Assembly: GCA_001801465.1 (NCBI GenBank)
Contig: MGXT01000020.1
Location: 134,228-198,227 of the forward strand
DNA length: 64,000 nucleotides
From: Gammaproteobacteria bacterium RIFCSPHIGHO2_12_FULL_35_23
GTDB taxonomy: Bacteria; Pseudomonadota; Gammaproteobacteria; UBA12402
Direction of reading: 5' to 3'
The position numbers were made by a program, and so were the translations under genes. Of this stretch, positions 22,514-33,000 are shown piece after piece (position 1 is the first letter of the stretch; every line of letters begins with the position of its first letter). The notes below the pieces were generated by a model that was given only the letters and a program-made list of their open reading frames with translations, ran no database searches and was not told the origin of the DNA.

Positions 22514-23257
22514 ATGACTAAGTCTTCTCAATTATTAAGTGATCGCTTTTTAAAGAAAACTGTATTTATTATTTTAAGTACCTGTTTGTTTTTTCTGCCA
22601 GGACTTTGTTTTTCTGAATAAAATTCTTCTCAAAAATCTAATAATACAATTGTATTCTCGCAGTCATTGACTCAAGCTTCTGACTCTACTATTTATAAAA
22701 GTCTAACGTGTAATTTTGAAATTAAATTACCAAAAGGTATTTTACTGAATAGAGTAAATGAAAATTATTATTTAATTGGTGATGTGACGGTACAAAGAAT
22801 TCCAGGGTGTAAAACAATAAAAAATTTACCTAATTGTCAGTTTATGGCTATAGTTCCCTTTAATTCAAACTCTAATATACAAACAGAAAATTTTTATATT
22901 TCTGTAGCAAAAATTAAAGATAAAATATCTGCTGACAAAGCAAGTGAAATATTTAATAGACATTTTCAAACAGGTAAACATAAAGTACGAATAGTTAATA
23001 GTAGAATTTTTTATCGGGCTTACTTTAATGAGGGGGTGGCAAGTACTATTGAATCAGATACAAGCTATATTGCTATTATTAATCATTATATTTATAAATT
23101 AACTCCGCAGGTCTTTTATTTTGATGATCCTGATAATGTATCGTCTGGAGAAGAAGTAGTGGGAGAGGTGTTTGATTCGCTGCGAATTAAAAACATGCTA
23201 GCAGAGAAATCAAAAATCTATCCATTTCTTGATAATTTTAAAATAATTAATGATTAG
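22514..23257 (+). pseudogene. secreted hypothetical protein gene interrupted by an in-frame TAA directly after the signal-peptide region (35-aa signal peptide ORF 22514-22621 then same-frame 196-aa ORF 22667-23257)
   Basis: ATG 22514 opens typical Sec signal (MTKSSQLLSDRFLKK + hydrophobic core); TAA at ~22619; reading continues in same frame (NSSQKSNNTIVFSQSLTQASD...) into the annotated ORF. Confidence 0.4.
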
Positions 23258-23296
23258 CGCATTAAGCTGGAGAGACTTTTGATATAAAACCAAAAA

Positions 23297-23336
23297 AATT
23301 GGTTGTGCTAAATCTAAATAGTAATTCAGCACAACC
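23297..23336 (-). terminator. rho-independent terminator for minus-strand gene 23345-24511 (shared by convergent genes)
   Basis: Perfect 11-bp inverted repeat ttggttgtgct...agcacaaccaa; A-run on + strand (T-run on - strand) adjacent. Confidence 0.5.
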
Positions 23337-23344
23337 AATAATAT

Positions 23345-24511
23345 TTATCTTGGGGCGGGTCTTCTATCCAATAGATAGGCTGTTGGGTCAAAAACTTGAG
23401 CGCTTTTGATATGATCCAGTGCTCTGAAAAGTCCTAATGAGCCAGCAAAAATGCCAGATTTGGGTCTAGCAGTGGTAACATGAGGAGAAGAGAAAGCTCT
23501 TCTGGTAGGTGATTTACAAACCGATGTTTTAAAAATAGTTGGTAAACCTGGTTTTGTATGAGTTTTTGGCATAGCTTCTACCAAGCTTACTGTATCAGTT
23601 GGTAAAGCAGGCGCTCTGTTAGCCAGTTTAGCTTTGATATTTCGATAAGTAGTTTTAATATGCGTAAAGGCTATTGCTTGTTCTTCATTCAGCAAAACAA
23701 GGTTTAATAGTTCAATCAATTGATCGGCTTTATTGAAAACCCGCGCATGAAACTCTTTGCGGTGATTATTAATAATGTAGAGGAGCGCATTTAAATAGCT
23801 ATTAATTATTTTATCTTCCAATTTAATTTTGGTAACAGTATAAGGCAGCAGTTGCCATAATTTTTGTGTTTTTGTTTTTTGTGGTGCAATGAATGAAAGA
23901 AGGCATTCATACCATAAGATATTACCTTTTAAGTTAAAAGTATGAATCGTTTGTGGCAGGCTTTGACAAAAGGTTTGTAGTTGTCTTCTATCTAGTTTTT
24001 GATCTATGTGAGGAAGCGTTAAACTGAGCAAAGAAGTTTTTGTATCACTTAATGCTGGGCTAAATGGATGAGAAAAGAGCTCTTGCCAGTAACGTATGGT
24101 CTTTTCTCCAAAGATCAATGTCGTAATCGTTGTTGGTAAAGATTGGGTAAATGCTAAAATTTGTGGTTCATTCCATTGATAAAGGGTGGTTTGAGAGAAA
24201 TCTATTGAAGTAATATTGTCAGGAATAGCTTTACAAAAGGCCGTAATTTCTTCTTCACTAAGCTCGTGAATATTAGGAATATCAATAATAAGCGTGGTAG
24301 CAGCTTCTGTTTGAGCGGCTGATTCTTGACTGGGAAACTCTGGATATTTAAGCGTTGTAATTAACCGTTTGGGTATGTTTAAAAAATAAGGTAATTGAAC
24401 ACCTTTTGCTCTAATAGGCCTATATAATGATGGAACATGATGAGATAGGCTTAGACTAGCCAGTATCATTGCAATCCTAATATCAGCCTGAGTACTTAAT
24501 AATCTTAACAT
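23345..24511 (-). CDS. hypothetical protein with ~30-aa LRR-like repeats (candidate secreted effector)
   Basis: Repeats AIPDNITSIDFSQTTL / LPTTITTLIFGEKTI / LLSLTLPHIDQ / LPQTIHTFNLKGNIL at ~30-aa spacing. Confidence 0.45.
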   Translation of the reverse strand: MLRLLSTQADIRIAMILASLSLSHHVPSLYRPIRAKGVQLPYFLNIPKRLITTLKYPEFPSQESAAQTEAATTLIIDIPNIHELSEEEITAFCKAIPDNITSIDFSQTTLYQWNEPQILAFTQSLPTTITTLIFGEKTIRYWQELFSHPFSPALSDTKTSLLSLTLPHIDQKLDRRQLQTFCQSLPQTIHTFNLKGNILWYECLLSFIAPQKTKTQKLWQLLPYTVTKIKLEDKIINSYLNALLYIINNHRKEFHARVFNKADQLIELLNLVLLNEEQAIAFTHIKTTYRNIKAKLANRAPALPTDTVSLVEAMPKTHTKPGLPTIFKTSVCKSPTRRAFSSPHVTTARPKSGIFAGSLGLFRALDHIKSAQVFDPTAYLLDRRPAPR

Positions 24512-25083
24512 AATAGCCCCTTTATTGAATTATTTTTCTAAAAACCGAATTTTTTTATAAAAATTCTCTAATGACAGAATAATACCCCATATTTTCGAAT
24601 TAAAATACATATTTTTTGAGTTTTTCAGAAAAAATATTTAAAATTTGAATATTTATTCAAAAATAAGATCAGAAAATTTTCAAGCGCTGGTGATAAGCTG
24701 ACTATACTCCAATTGGATATTGTAGTACTTAATAGCGGTACAAAGTCAGTTTTGCAGGCAAAACTTCTTAGAAAGCCTGTTTTGACTTAGTTTACAATGT
24801 CGCATATTTATTAGTGTTAGCAGCTTTGCATTGGTATGGGTATCGATCAAATAATTATTATTTAGTCTTCAAGTTTTATCCTCTACTGTTGAACTTAGCT
24901 TAGAAATTTTGAGTATGTTAGTTCAATATCATAAGTGTCGTAATTTAGCAGAATATGAGAGGTATCTTGAAATTGATGATAGATTATTGCCAGAATTATA
25001 AGTGCTATAGAAATATTTTTTTCACGAGCAACTTCTTTGATAAAAGAATAAAATTAAAAAATTCAATACACAATATAATATTA

Positions 25084-25575
25084 TTATAGCTTTTTCATTT
25101 TAGCTTTAAGATCAGCTTTTTTTCCAAGCAAAAAAGCAATTTCAGTAGTAATAAAAATGGGTGCAATCAATGCTTGAAATAAATTATCAAATAAAGCAGG
25201 TTTTTTGCCTTCTAAAAAATGACCTAGAAATTGAATAGCCCAGGCAATAATGAAAACAATAATCATGATTTTAAATCCAAGCCAGTTTGGAGCATTACCG
25301 CCGATTAATCGTGCAATAATATTTAAGATAATCAAACCAATAGTGGTGGCAATCGCAAGCTCTTTATCTAGTAAAAAATAATAAACAAAGAGTCCAATGA
25401 GTGCGAGCCAGCTAATGCCTAGATGAAACCAACCGTTGACTCCAAAATTAATCCAATTAAATAGAATAAAAATAGGAATGATAGCTAAGGGAACGCCAAT
25501 AAAGTGGGTGATTTTAGTGCTCATTTTAGTATGATAGCGTTCATAATTACTTAAATGATTGATTAATGCTTGCAT
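25084..25575 (-). CDS. small polytopic membrane protein (DUF962/Mpo1-like family suggested)
   Basis: 163 aa, 4 TM helices; resemblance to DUF962 is from recollection only. Confidence 0.35.
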   Translation of the reverse strand: MQALINHLSNYERYHTKMSTKITHFIGVPLAIIPIFILFNWINFGVNGWFHLGISWLALIGLFVYYFLLDKELAIATTIGLIILNIIARLIGGNAPNWLGFKIMIIVFIIAWAIQFLGHFLEGKKPALFDNLFQALIAPIFITTEIAFLLGKKADLKAKMKKL

Positions 25576-25711
25576 AACTGTCTCCCTGTGCTTTTATAAA
25601 ATAGCCTTTGCTAAGAGCTAACTTACTAGAAAATCAAGCATTTGACAAATTTTTTACAAATTAAAAAAAATAAGTATAATAAATCAAATTTTTTATAATG
25701 AGGTGGTTTAT

Positions 25712-26170
25712 ATGAAAAAGATAATAACGTTGATTACCCTAATTTGTTTTAGCTTTAGTTTAGTTGCTTGTCAGAATATGACGAAGCAGGATGCAGGCGT
25801 GATAGCTGGCGGGGCTTTAGGCGGGCTCGTTGGCTCTCGATTTGGTGGCGGCAATGGTCAGGTCTTAGCAACAGTAGGCGGTGCAATTATTGGGGCTGCA
25901 ATTGGTGGTTTAATAGGACATAATATGGATCAAACTGATCAATTGGAAATGCAACAAGCACTAGAGAATAATAAAAATAATCAGTCAACAAGTTGGAAGA
26001 ACCCTAATAACGGTAATACCTATCAAGTAGTTCCAAAACAAACTTATTATGAAAGTAATGGCACGCCTTGTCGCGAGTATTATATGAATGCAACCATCGG
26101 TGGCAAACCACAGCAAGTTTGGGGTAAAGCGTGTCGTCAAGCAGATGGCAGTTGGAAAGTTGTTAGCTAA
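25712..26170 (+). CDS. outer-membrane lipoprotein, 17-kDa surface antigen / glycine-zipper family
   Basis: Lipobox LVAC after signal peptide; Gly-zipper GGALGGLVGSRFGGGNGQVLATVGGAIIGAAIGGLIG. Confidence 0.6.
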   Translation: MKKIITLITLICFSFSLVACQNMTKQDAGVIAGGALGGLVGSRFGGGNGQVLATVGGAIIGAAIGGLIGHNMDQTDQLEMQQALENNKNNQSTSWKNPNNGNTYQVVPKQTYYESNGTPCREYYMNATIGGKPQQVWGKACRQADGSWKVVS

Positions 26171-26202
26171 TATTTTTGATTCTGGGCTTGTGCCCAGGAT
26201 TT

Positions 26203-26508
26203 TTATTCGTTTGAAGAATCATCAGTATTTTTTGTAACAGGCCACTGTAAATGGTATTGGTCAAGAATACTTTGCAAAGATTGAAAACCAGTTCTTCCTT
26301 TTTGTTTAAGAGATTGTAATTGTTCTTTGCTAAGCGTAATAATTTGTTTTGTTTTATCTTTAGTAGTAATAAATAGCTGGTTTGACTTTAATGTAATATC
26401 TTCAATGATAGAAGAATCATTGTTATTATTAATAGGCGTTGTTTGATTTTGACCTATACTTACTGTTACAGACAAGCTTAAAATTAATAGCATGAGTAAT
26501 TTTTTCAT
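26203..26508 (-). CDS. small secreted Asn-rich hypothetical protein
   Basis: N-terminal signal peptide MKKLLMLLILSLSVTVSIG; no homology recognised. Confidence 0.4.
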   Translation of the reverse strand: MKKLLMLLILSLSVTVSIGQNQTTPINNNNDSSIIEDITLKSNQLFITTKDKTKQIITLSKEQLQSLKQKGRTGFQSLQSILDQYHLQWPVTKNTDDSSNE

Positions 26509-26589
26509 GAGCTTTTATCCTTTGAATTTGTTTTTCTATTATCTAAAAAATAGTTTTATGAAACAAGTAAATTGATAGTTTATTTATCA

Positions 26590-27810
26590 TTAAACCCGAT
26601 AGTTAGTTTGATAAGCTGAATCATCATTAAAAATAACAATAAAAACTATCAAAACAGTGAAGCTTAATATTGACAAAATAATGCCCAGCGGTAATTGGCT
26701 TGTTTGACGAAACATAGCTGAAATGAAAATAGCAAAACCAGCTCCTAGATTTTGTACTCCTCCTAATAACGCACCTGCTGTACCAGCAAGTTGAGGAAAA
26801 GGTTCCAAAGCGCCGCTAGTTGCTGCGGGAAAAACAATCCCTGCAGCAAACATATAAAGAGTAATAGGAATAATTATTGCGTAAATATTTATCCACTGCA
26901 ATAAACCAGTCAGTAATAAACTGATAGCACCTATAAAAAGTAAAGCAATTCCTAATAACAAGGTTTGTTTTAAAGGCCAGCGCTTAGCAAGAAAACCGGA
27001 AATGCTAGAGCCCAACATATAAGCGGGTAAGGGGAGTGTAAACCATAAGCTAGTAATAAATGGCGAAAAGCCTAACACACGGCTAAAAAGAATTCCTCCT
27101 ACGGCTTCAAAAATGCAGACACCGGAAAAAGTAACCACTAAACAAGTCATATAACCTAAAAATTGGTAGTTTTTAAAAATAGTTAGGTAGTTATTATAGA
27201 ATCGTTGGCCAGAAAGTTTTGTAGAGTATGCAAATTTGTTAGTTTCAGGAAACAAACTATATTCAGCTATTAAAACACAGATACTAAACAAAATTAAAAA
27301 AGCAAAGCAAGCGCGCCATCCCCAAAAGCTAGCAAGAATGCCACCTAATAAAGGGGCGATGAGAGGGGCTACAATTAATGCTACACTGACGTGGCTTGCT
27401 GCTCTGTGTAGTTGTGGACCATGATATAAATCTCGCATGACGGTTCTAGCCATGACACCACCACAACCTATGCCACAGCCTTGAATGCAGCTACCAATGA
27501 ATAATAGTTGAAAAGTTGTAGCCAAGGTAGTTGTGATTGAACCTATTACAAAGATGATTAATCCAACAATAATAATAGGTTTTCTGCCGAAATAATCAGA
27601 GAAGGGGCCGTAAATAAATTGCGAAAGTCCATAGGTTAGTAAATAAATGGCCATTATACTTTGAACATGGGTTGCTAAAATTGCAAAAGAATTAGCAATC
27701 ATGGTCATAGCTGGGACATAGATGGTATTAGTAATTTGTCCGACAGCCGCCAAGCTTACGACTAACAACATAATGCGCAAAAAAGAGAAGTTTTGTTCTA
27801 AGTTATTCAT
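26590..27810 (-). CDS. MFS transporter, Bcr/CflA drug-resistance family
   Basis: 12 TM helices, N-terminal motif and GRKP loop motif (DYFGRKPIII) typical of Bcr/CflA. Confidence 0.75.
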   Translation of the reverse strand: MNNLEQNFSFLRIMLLVVSLAAVGQITNTIYVPAMTMIANSFAILATHVQSIMAIYLLTYGLSQFIYGPFSDYFGRKPIIIVGLIIFVIGSITTTLATTFQLLFIGSCIQGCGIGCGGVMARTVMRDLYHGPQLHRAASHVSVALIVAPLIAPLLGGILASFWGWRACFAFLILFSICVLIAEYSLFPETNKFAYSTKLSGQRFYNNYLTIFKNYQFLGYMTCLVVTFSGVCIFEAVGGILFSRVLGFSPFITSLWFTLPLPAYMLGSSISGFLAKRWPLKQTLLLGIALLFIGAISLLLTGLLQWINIYAIIIPITLYMFAAGIVFPAATSGALEPFPQLAGTAGALLGGVQNLGAGFAIFISAMFRQTSQLPLGIILSILSFTVLIVFIVIFNDDSAYQTNYRV

Positions 27811-27951
27811 TAAGAGGCTCTTTTTTACATATTGATCAAAATATGCGCCATTTTAGCATAGTGCTAGCAAGCGTCAATTTAAATTTCGTGCAAGCTTAGA
27901 ATAGAGTATGATAATTTTTTATAGTTTACATAGACTTATAAAGAGAGGGCA

Positions 27952-29316
27952 ATGATTAAAGAAAAAATTATTTTTAATTGTAATGCTTGTGGTGCGCAAT
28001 TTCCTAAATGGATGGGGCAATGTACAGAATGTAATGCTTGGAATTCATTAACTGAAGAAACATTATTTAAAACCAATAAGAACTTAAAATTTCAAAATTA
28101 TGCAGGTGCAGTGAGTTATGTTCATGAAATATCCCGAGTTGAGTTGCAGGAACAAACCAGACTGTCAACCGGGATTAGTGAATTTAATCGAGTCTTAGGG
28201 GGTGGCGTGGTCGCTGGCTCGGTCATTCTAATTGGCGGTGACCCGGGTATTGGTAAATCTACTTTGCTGTTACAGGTTATGGCTAGTTTATCAAAGTTTA
28301 CCAAAGTACTTTATGTAACTGGAGAGGAATCTTTACAGCAAGTTGCGCTAAGAGCTAAACGTTTGCATTTGTTAGACCAGACCATACAGCTTTTAGCAGA
28401 AATTCAAACCGAAAAAATTATTAAAGCAGCAGAAGATAATAAACCCGCAGTGTTGGTTATAGATTCTATTCAAACCATTTGTACGGAAATGATCTCTTCT
28501 GCTCCAGGTTCAGTTAGTCAACTGCGTGAAAGTACAGCACAATTAGTGCGTTTTGCCAAAGCAACTAATACTGTAATTTTTTTAGTGGGACATGTAACTA
28601 AAGAAGGTGCTATTGCTGGGCCAAGAGTATTAGAGCATATGGTTGATACGGTACTTTATTTTGAAGGTGAAACAGGTAGTCGTTTTCGAGTTATTCGAGC
28701 CGTCAAAAATCGTTTTGGAGCAGTTAATGAGTTAGGTGTTTTTGCCATGACTGAAAAAGGATTACGTGAAGTGAATAATCCTTCTGCTATTTTTATGACT
28801 CAGTCTGAAGCTGCTGTTGCAGGTAGTATCATTACTGCAGCATGGGAGGGCAGTAGACCTTTATTGGTAGAGGTGCAATCTTTAGTGGACACCAGTCATT
28901 TAGGAAATCCAAGACGTGTATCAGTGGGGTTAGAAACTAATCGCTTAGCTATGCTATTAGCGGTATTACATAGACATGCTGGCATTGTAACTTACGATCA
29001 GGATGTCTTTCTGAATGTAGTAGGCGGTATGCGAGTTTTAGAAACTTCTGCTGATTTAGCAACGCTTTTTGCTATTGTGTCTAGCTTAAAAAATAAAATT
29101 CTTCCTAGAAACTTATTGGTTTTTGGAGAAGTGGGATTGGGAGGAGAAATTCGGCCGGTTCCCAATGGTCAAGAACGTATTCGTGAGGCTGCAAAGCACG
29201 GTTTTAAGCATGCAATTATTCCTAAAGCTAATGCACCTACTCAGATTATGGCTGATATTTCTATTCATGCAGTAAGTAAACTTGATGAAGCATTAAGCTT
29301 GAGTCAGTTTGAATAA
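27952..29316 (+). CDS. radA: DNA repair protein RadA/Sms
   Basis: N-terminal C4 zinc finger CNACGAQFPKWMGQCTECNAW, Walker A GGDPGIGKST, KNRFG motif, Lon-like C-terminal domain. Confidence 0.9.
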   Translation: MIKEKIIFNCNACGAQFPKWMGQCTECNAWNSLTEETLFKTNKNLKFQNYAGAVSYVHEISRVELQEQTRLSTGISEFNRVLGGGVVAGSVILIGGDPGIGKSTLLLQVMASLSKFTKVLYVTGEESLQQVALRAKRLHLLDQTIQLLAEIQTEKIIKAAEDNKPAVLVIDSIQTICTEMISSAPGSVSQLRESTAQLVRFAKATNTVIFLVGHVTKEGAIAGPRVLEHMVDTVLYFEGETGSRFRVIRAVKNRFGAVNELGVFAMTEKGLREVNNPSAIFMTQSEAAVAGSIITAAWEGSRPLLVEVQSLVDTSHLGNPRRVSVGLETNRLAMLLAVLHRHAGIVTYDQDVFLNVVGGMRVLETSADLATLFAIVSSLKNKILPRNLLVFGEVGLGGEIRPVPNGQERIREAAKHGFKHAIIPKANAPTQIMADISIHAVSKLDEALSLSQFE

Positions 29317-29483
29317 TAAATATTAAAAAGCCTTCAGAAGCAATGGTTCATAGATAGATAATTTAAAAATATTCTGTATAGGATTAATGTGGTTTTAAGA
29401 AAGTAGCCTTTATTATTTTTAATCTTTAGAATCTGTTTTTTTATAATAAGTCTTTAATAATGGATTTCTTTATAGCTTACTGC

Positions 29484-29511
29484 TTGCAAATTGTACAAAA
29501 AATAGTATTGT
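29484..29511 (+). promoter_or_regulatory. sigma70 promoter of rnpB
   Basis: TTGCAA (29484-29489), 16-bp spacer, TATTGT (29506-29511); 7 nt before rnpB 5' end. Confidence 0.5.
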
Positions 29512-29518
29512 ATGTTTT

Positions 29519-29880
29519 GAGCTGGCTAAGCAATCGCTGGATTGAAAAATCGAGAGGAAAGTCCGGGCTCCCTAGGGTAGAGTGCCAGGTAACGCCTGGG
29601 AGGTGAGAGCCTACGGAAAGTGCCACAGAAAATATACCGCCAGGCTACTCTGTAGCAAGGTAAGGGTGAAAAGGTATGGTAAGAGCATACCGCATGGCTG
29701 GTAACAGGCATGGCAGGGCAAACCCCGCTTGGAGCAAGACGAATAGGAATCAAAGCAAGCGTTTGCTTGCCAGGTGTTACCCGCACCTTTGATTCGGGTA
29801 AGTTGCTTGAGCTATTTGGTGACAAATAGCCTAGAGGAATGATTGCTCACGACAGAACCCGGCTTATCGGCCAGCTCAAA
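29519..29880 (+). ncRNA. rnpB: RNase P RNA (bacterial type A)
   Basis: P4 signature GAGGAAAGTCCGGGCTCC, GGTAAGGGTGAAA, ACAGAACCCGGCTTA conserved blocks; P1 pairing gagctggc/gccagctc delimits ends; collinear with E. coli M1 RNA. Confidence 0.9.
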
Positions 29881-30024
29881 TTAGGTTAAATAATGATCAT
29901 TTAATAAGTTATCATAAACTTTACGTTTTTAAAAATTTTGAATTACCAGTTTGCTTAAGATTATTTTAAGTTTTCAAGCGTATCGTTTTTTTATTAGGAT
30001 AATTTTAAAGTTAGGGTGGTGCAC

Positions 30025-33000
30025 ATGTTAGCTTTTAATAATCCGTCTCTTATGCAATTTTTGCCATTAGTTTCAAGATTTAATTTGGTCACTGACCAGC
30101 CGATTGATTTTTTAAAGTTGACTTTACCAGATCTAGAACGGCTGTTATGTTTTAATCAAGAAATAGCAAGGCAGTCTGCTATTGAAAGCCAGGTCGCAAA
30201 AGAACGCTTAATTATCACTATAGGCGCTGCAGCAGAGAGTGAAAAAGCTACTATTCTTGCTAACCCTAGATTTTTTAGACAATTCTATGAAAAATTTATC
30301 AGAAGATGTCCTTTATCGGTTGAAGTATTGCAAGACTTTATTGCGGATATAAAATGTTTAGAGTGCTTATTAGGAAGTAGTGAGCTTGTTGCAGAATTGG
30401 TACAAAAACCTAAATTTAAACAAGCAGTCAATGATTTAATTGCAAGATTATCAGAAGAAAATAACTTATCAGAGCTCATTAAGGTACTGCAAGCACTAGA
30501 AGATTTAAATAAGAATTTAGAAGAGGAATCTAGGGTTTTTTTAATATTTGAAAATGATCTTATTAACCGCTATCAACAGCTTTTGGTCCAATTGAATAAT
30601 CTATATGGCCATGATCCTAGATTGTTAGCAAAAAAAATAGGTCTTTTACCTTTAACCGATGATTTAATTTTTAATTTAGTTGTTAATTTTATTAAGGCAA
30701 GACCTCTGTTTGAAATGATGATTGTTGCTAAAATACTTGATGTTTCATTATTAGATTCAGCAAAAAAAACTGTTTTACAGCAATTGCAAGTTGGATATGA
30801 AGCTGACAATGATTATTTCAATGAGCCAGAAGAAAAAAGACAGCTCGATTTAATTGAAGAGTTTACCTCTGTTTTATTACGAGATATAAATTATTATGTT
30901 TTAAAATTAATCCAAGCAATCAATAGTTCTTATCAAAGAGAGGTTGTTAAACTTGACTTAGAAGGCGAGTTAATTTGGTTGGCAGAGCAGACTCCTGCCA
31001 CCTTTACTATCTGGAAAAATAAAGTAATAGCTCTAAAACAGCGCTGTGAAGGTTTGTCATCAAGAGTCACTATTTTAGAACAAGGTATTGCACAACTTAA
31101 ACAGCTTTTGTTACAGTTGCCTCCTGTTTCTCCTTATTCCAGGGGAGAGGTAATGACAGTACATTTGCAAGAAGTACAAAATTTAATTTCAAGATTTGAA
31201 GATTCTGTTAAAGCTTTTTATTTAAAAGACAAACACCCTGTGTGTTTACATTTACAAAGAAACTTAGCATTGGTTAAAGCTGACGCATATATAGCATTAA
31301 TTAGTGATGCAAAGGTTGCATCAAGAGCAAAAAAGAAGGCAATTAGTCAGGTTCTCTCCGCAGTTAAAAAACATTGTATGGCAGTAAACGATAGTTGCCT
31401 TAAAGAAATGATAGATTATTTGCTATTAGACCCGTCAACTGTTCAAGCACCTAAAGATAGAGAGTTATATATACAGATTCTAGAGGTTGCGCCTGCAAGT
31501 GAAGTAGAAAGAATTGTTAAATATATTAATAATTCTGCACACCATATTACTTTAACGTCTGCTCAAATAGTAAAAATTATTAAAGTCTTGTTAAAAAGCG
31601 AGTCGTTTTCATCAGATTTAGCAGTTTGTTGTGATAATTATTTTTTTGACATTATAAAAGGTTCGCATCCTGTTAATGTAAATATATTAATAGAGTTAGT
31701 AAAGGTTGATGTTAAAGGCAGGTATCTAGAAAAAATCTTTGATTTTATTCGTGATAATTTTTATAGGTTAAATTTAAGCGCAAAAGAAACTCAAAACTTG
31801 ATATTAGCTTTAGCGCAATTAAGAGAAAGTTCACCTAGTGCTATTCAAAACAAAATTGATAAGCTGGCTAATAGAATTTGTGCGTCTGTTTGGGGTCGAG
31901 GATTTAGAGTGCTTCGAAATAAGCTGCGTGAAATCAATTATCTTGAATTTGTTCTATCCGATTTTTCTGTATTTAAAATGTTTGCTAGTCAAAATGGCTG
32001 GCAACAAAGTAAAGGAAATAGACGAGAGATTATTGCCAGCTTAAATAAGATTTTGGCAGATTATTCTAAACATAGAACTCTTCATGACTATCAATTATTG
32101 GTGCAATTTATCAAGTTTTCTAAATCAGAGGAAGTTACTCTTATAGCAGAGCTTCAAGCGTTATCAGCAGCTGAAGAAAAAATATTTTTTGCTGAAATGA
32201 AAAGAAAGTTGTTTTCTTTACTTGATAACCAACAGCTTTCATTACAATCTCTACAGCAAGTAAGTAGTTTATTAGAAGAATATGAAGCCTTAACAAACTC
32301 TGATTTAAACGATGATTTTTCTGCGATGATTGCTTGTTATGAATCTGAGTATAAAGATCCTAGAGAATTACTCTGTACCAATTATTTAGGATATTTGCAT
32401 AGACTTTGGACTATAGGTAATTTTAAACTAAAGGCAACTATTAATGAGTGTTTATTGAAAATTAGAGGACTGGCACTAGCTAGTACAGAAGAGGAGAAAG
32501 AAGCTTTAGTTTTACAACTGCTGTCATTAAAAACTAGTAACCCTTCTTTCTATTATCAAATTATAATCATGAATCCATTGTTTAATTTTATTTCGGCTAG
32601 GAATAATAATTTACTGTTGGCAAGTTTAAATAATAGAACGAATCCAGAAATAAATAATCACCCTGAATTGTTAGAAAGAATAAATCGCCATACTTTTTTG
32701 CAAGAAAAGATTGCAAGAAGTGCAAGAGTTTCTCAAGAGTTAGAAACTAATGTTCATTGTCGCAGTTACCTTGAAGAAGCTTCTGCATGGCGAGGAGAAG
32801 TGGATAAACTTTATGATTTAGTGTTAAAAACTAAAGAAATGATTCGCCTCTATGGTGGTAGAAAAGTAAAAGACTGGGTGTTTGAAGTTCAATTTAGAGC
32901 AAGAATCTCACCTAGGACTTATAACGATTTTTTAATGTTGCATATGCTTGTTAATGAATATAGAGGTGAGCTTGGCATCTTAGATGCTAATTTATGTGAA

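Noticed and set aside
29526-29825. 99-aa minus-strand ORF from the six-frame track
   Set aside because: Lies entirely within the RNase P RNA gene on the opposite strand; no start context; artefact of a structured RNA's GC-rich sequence
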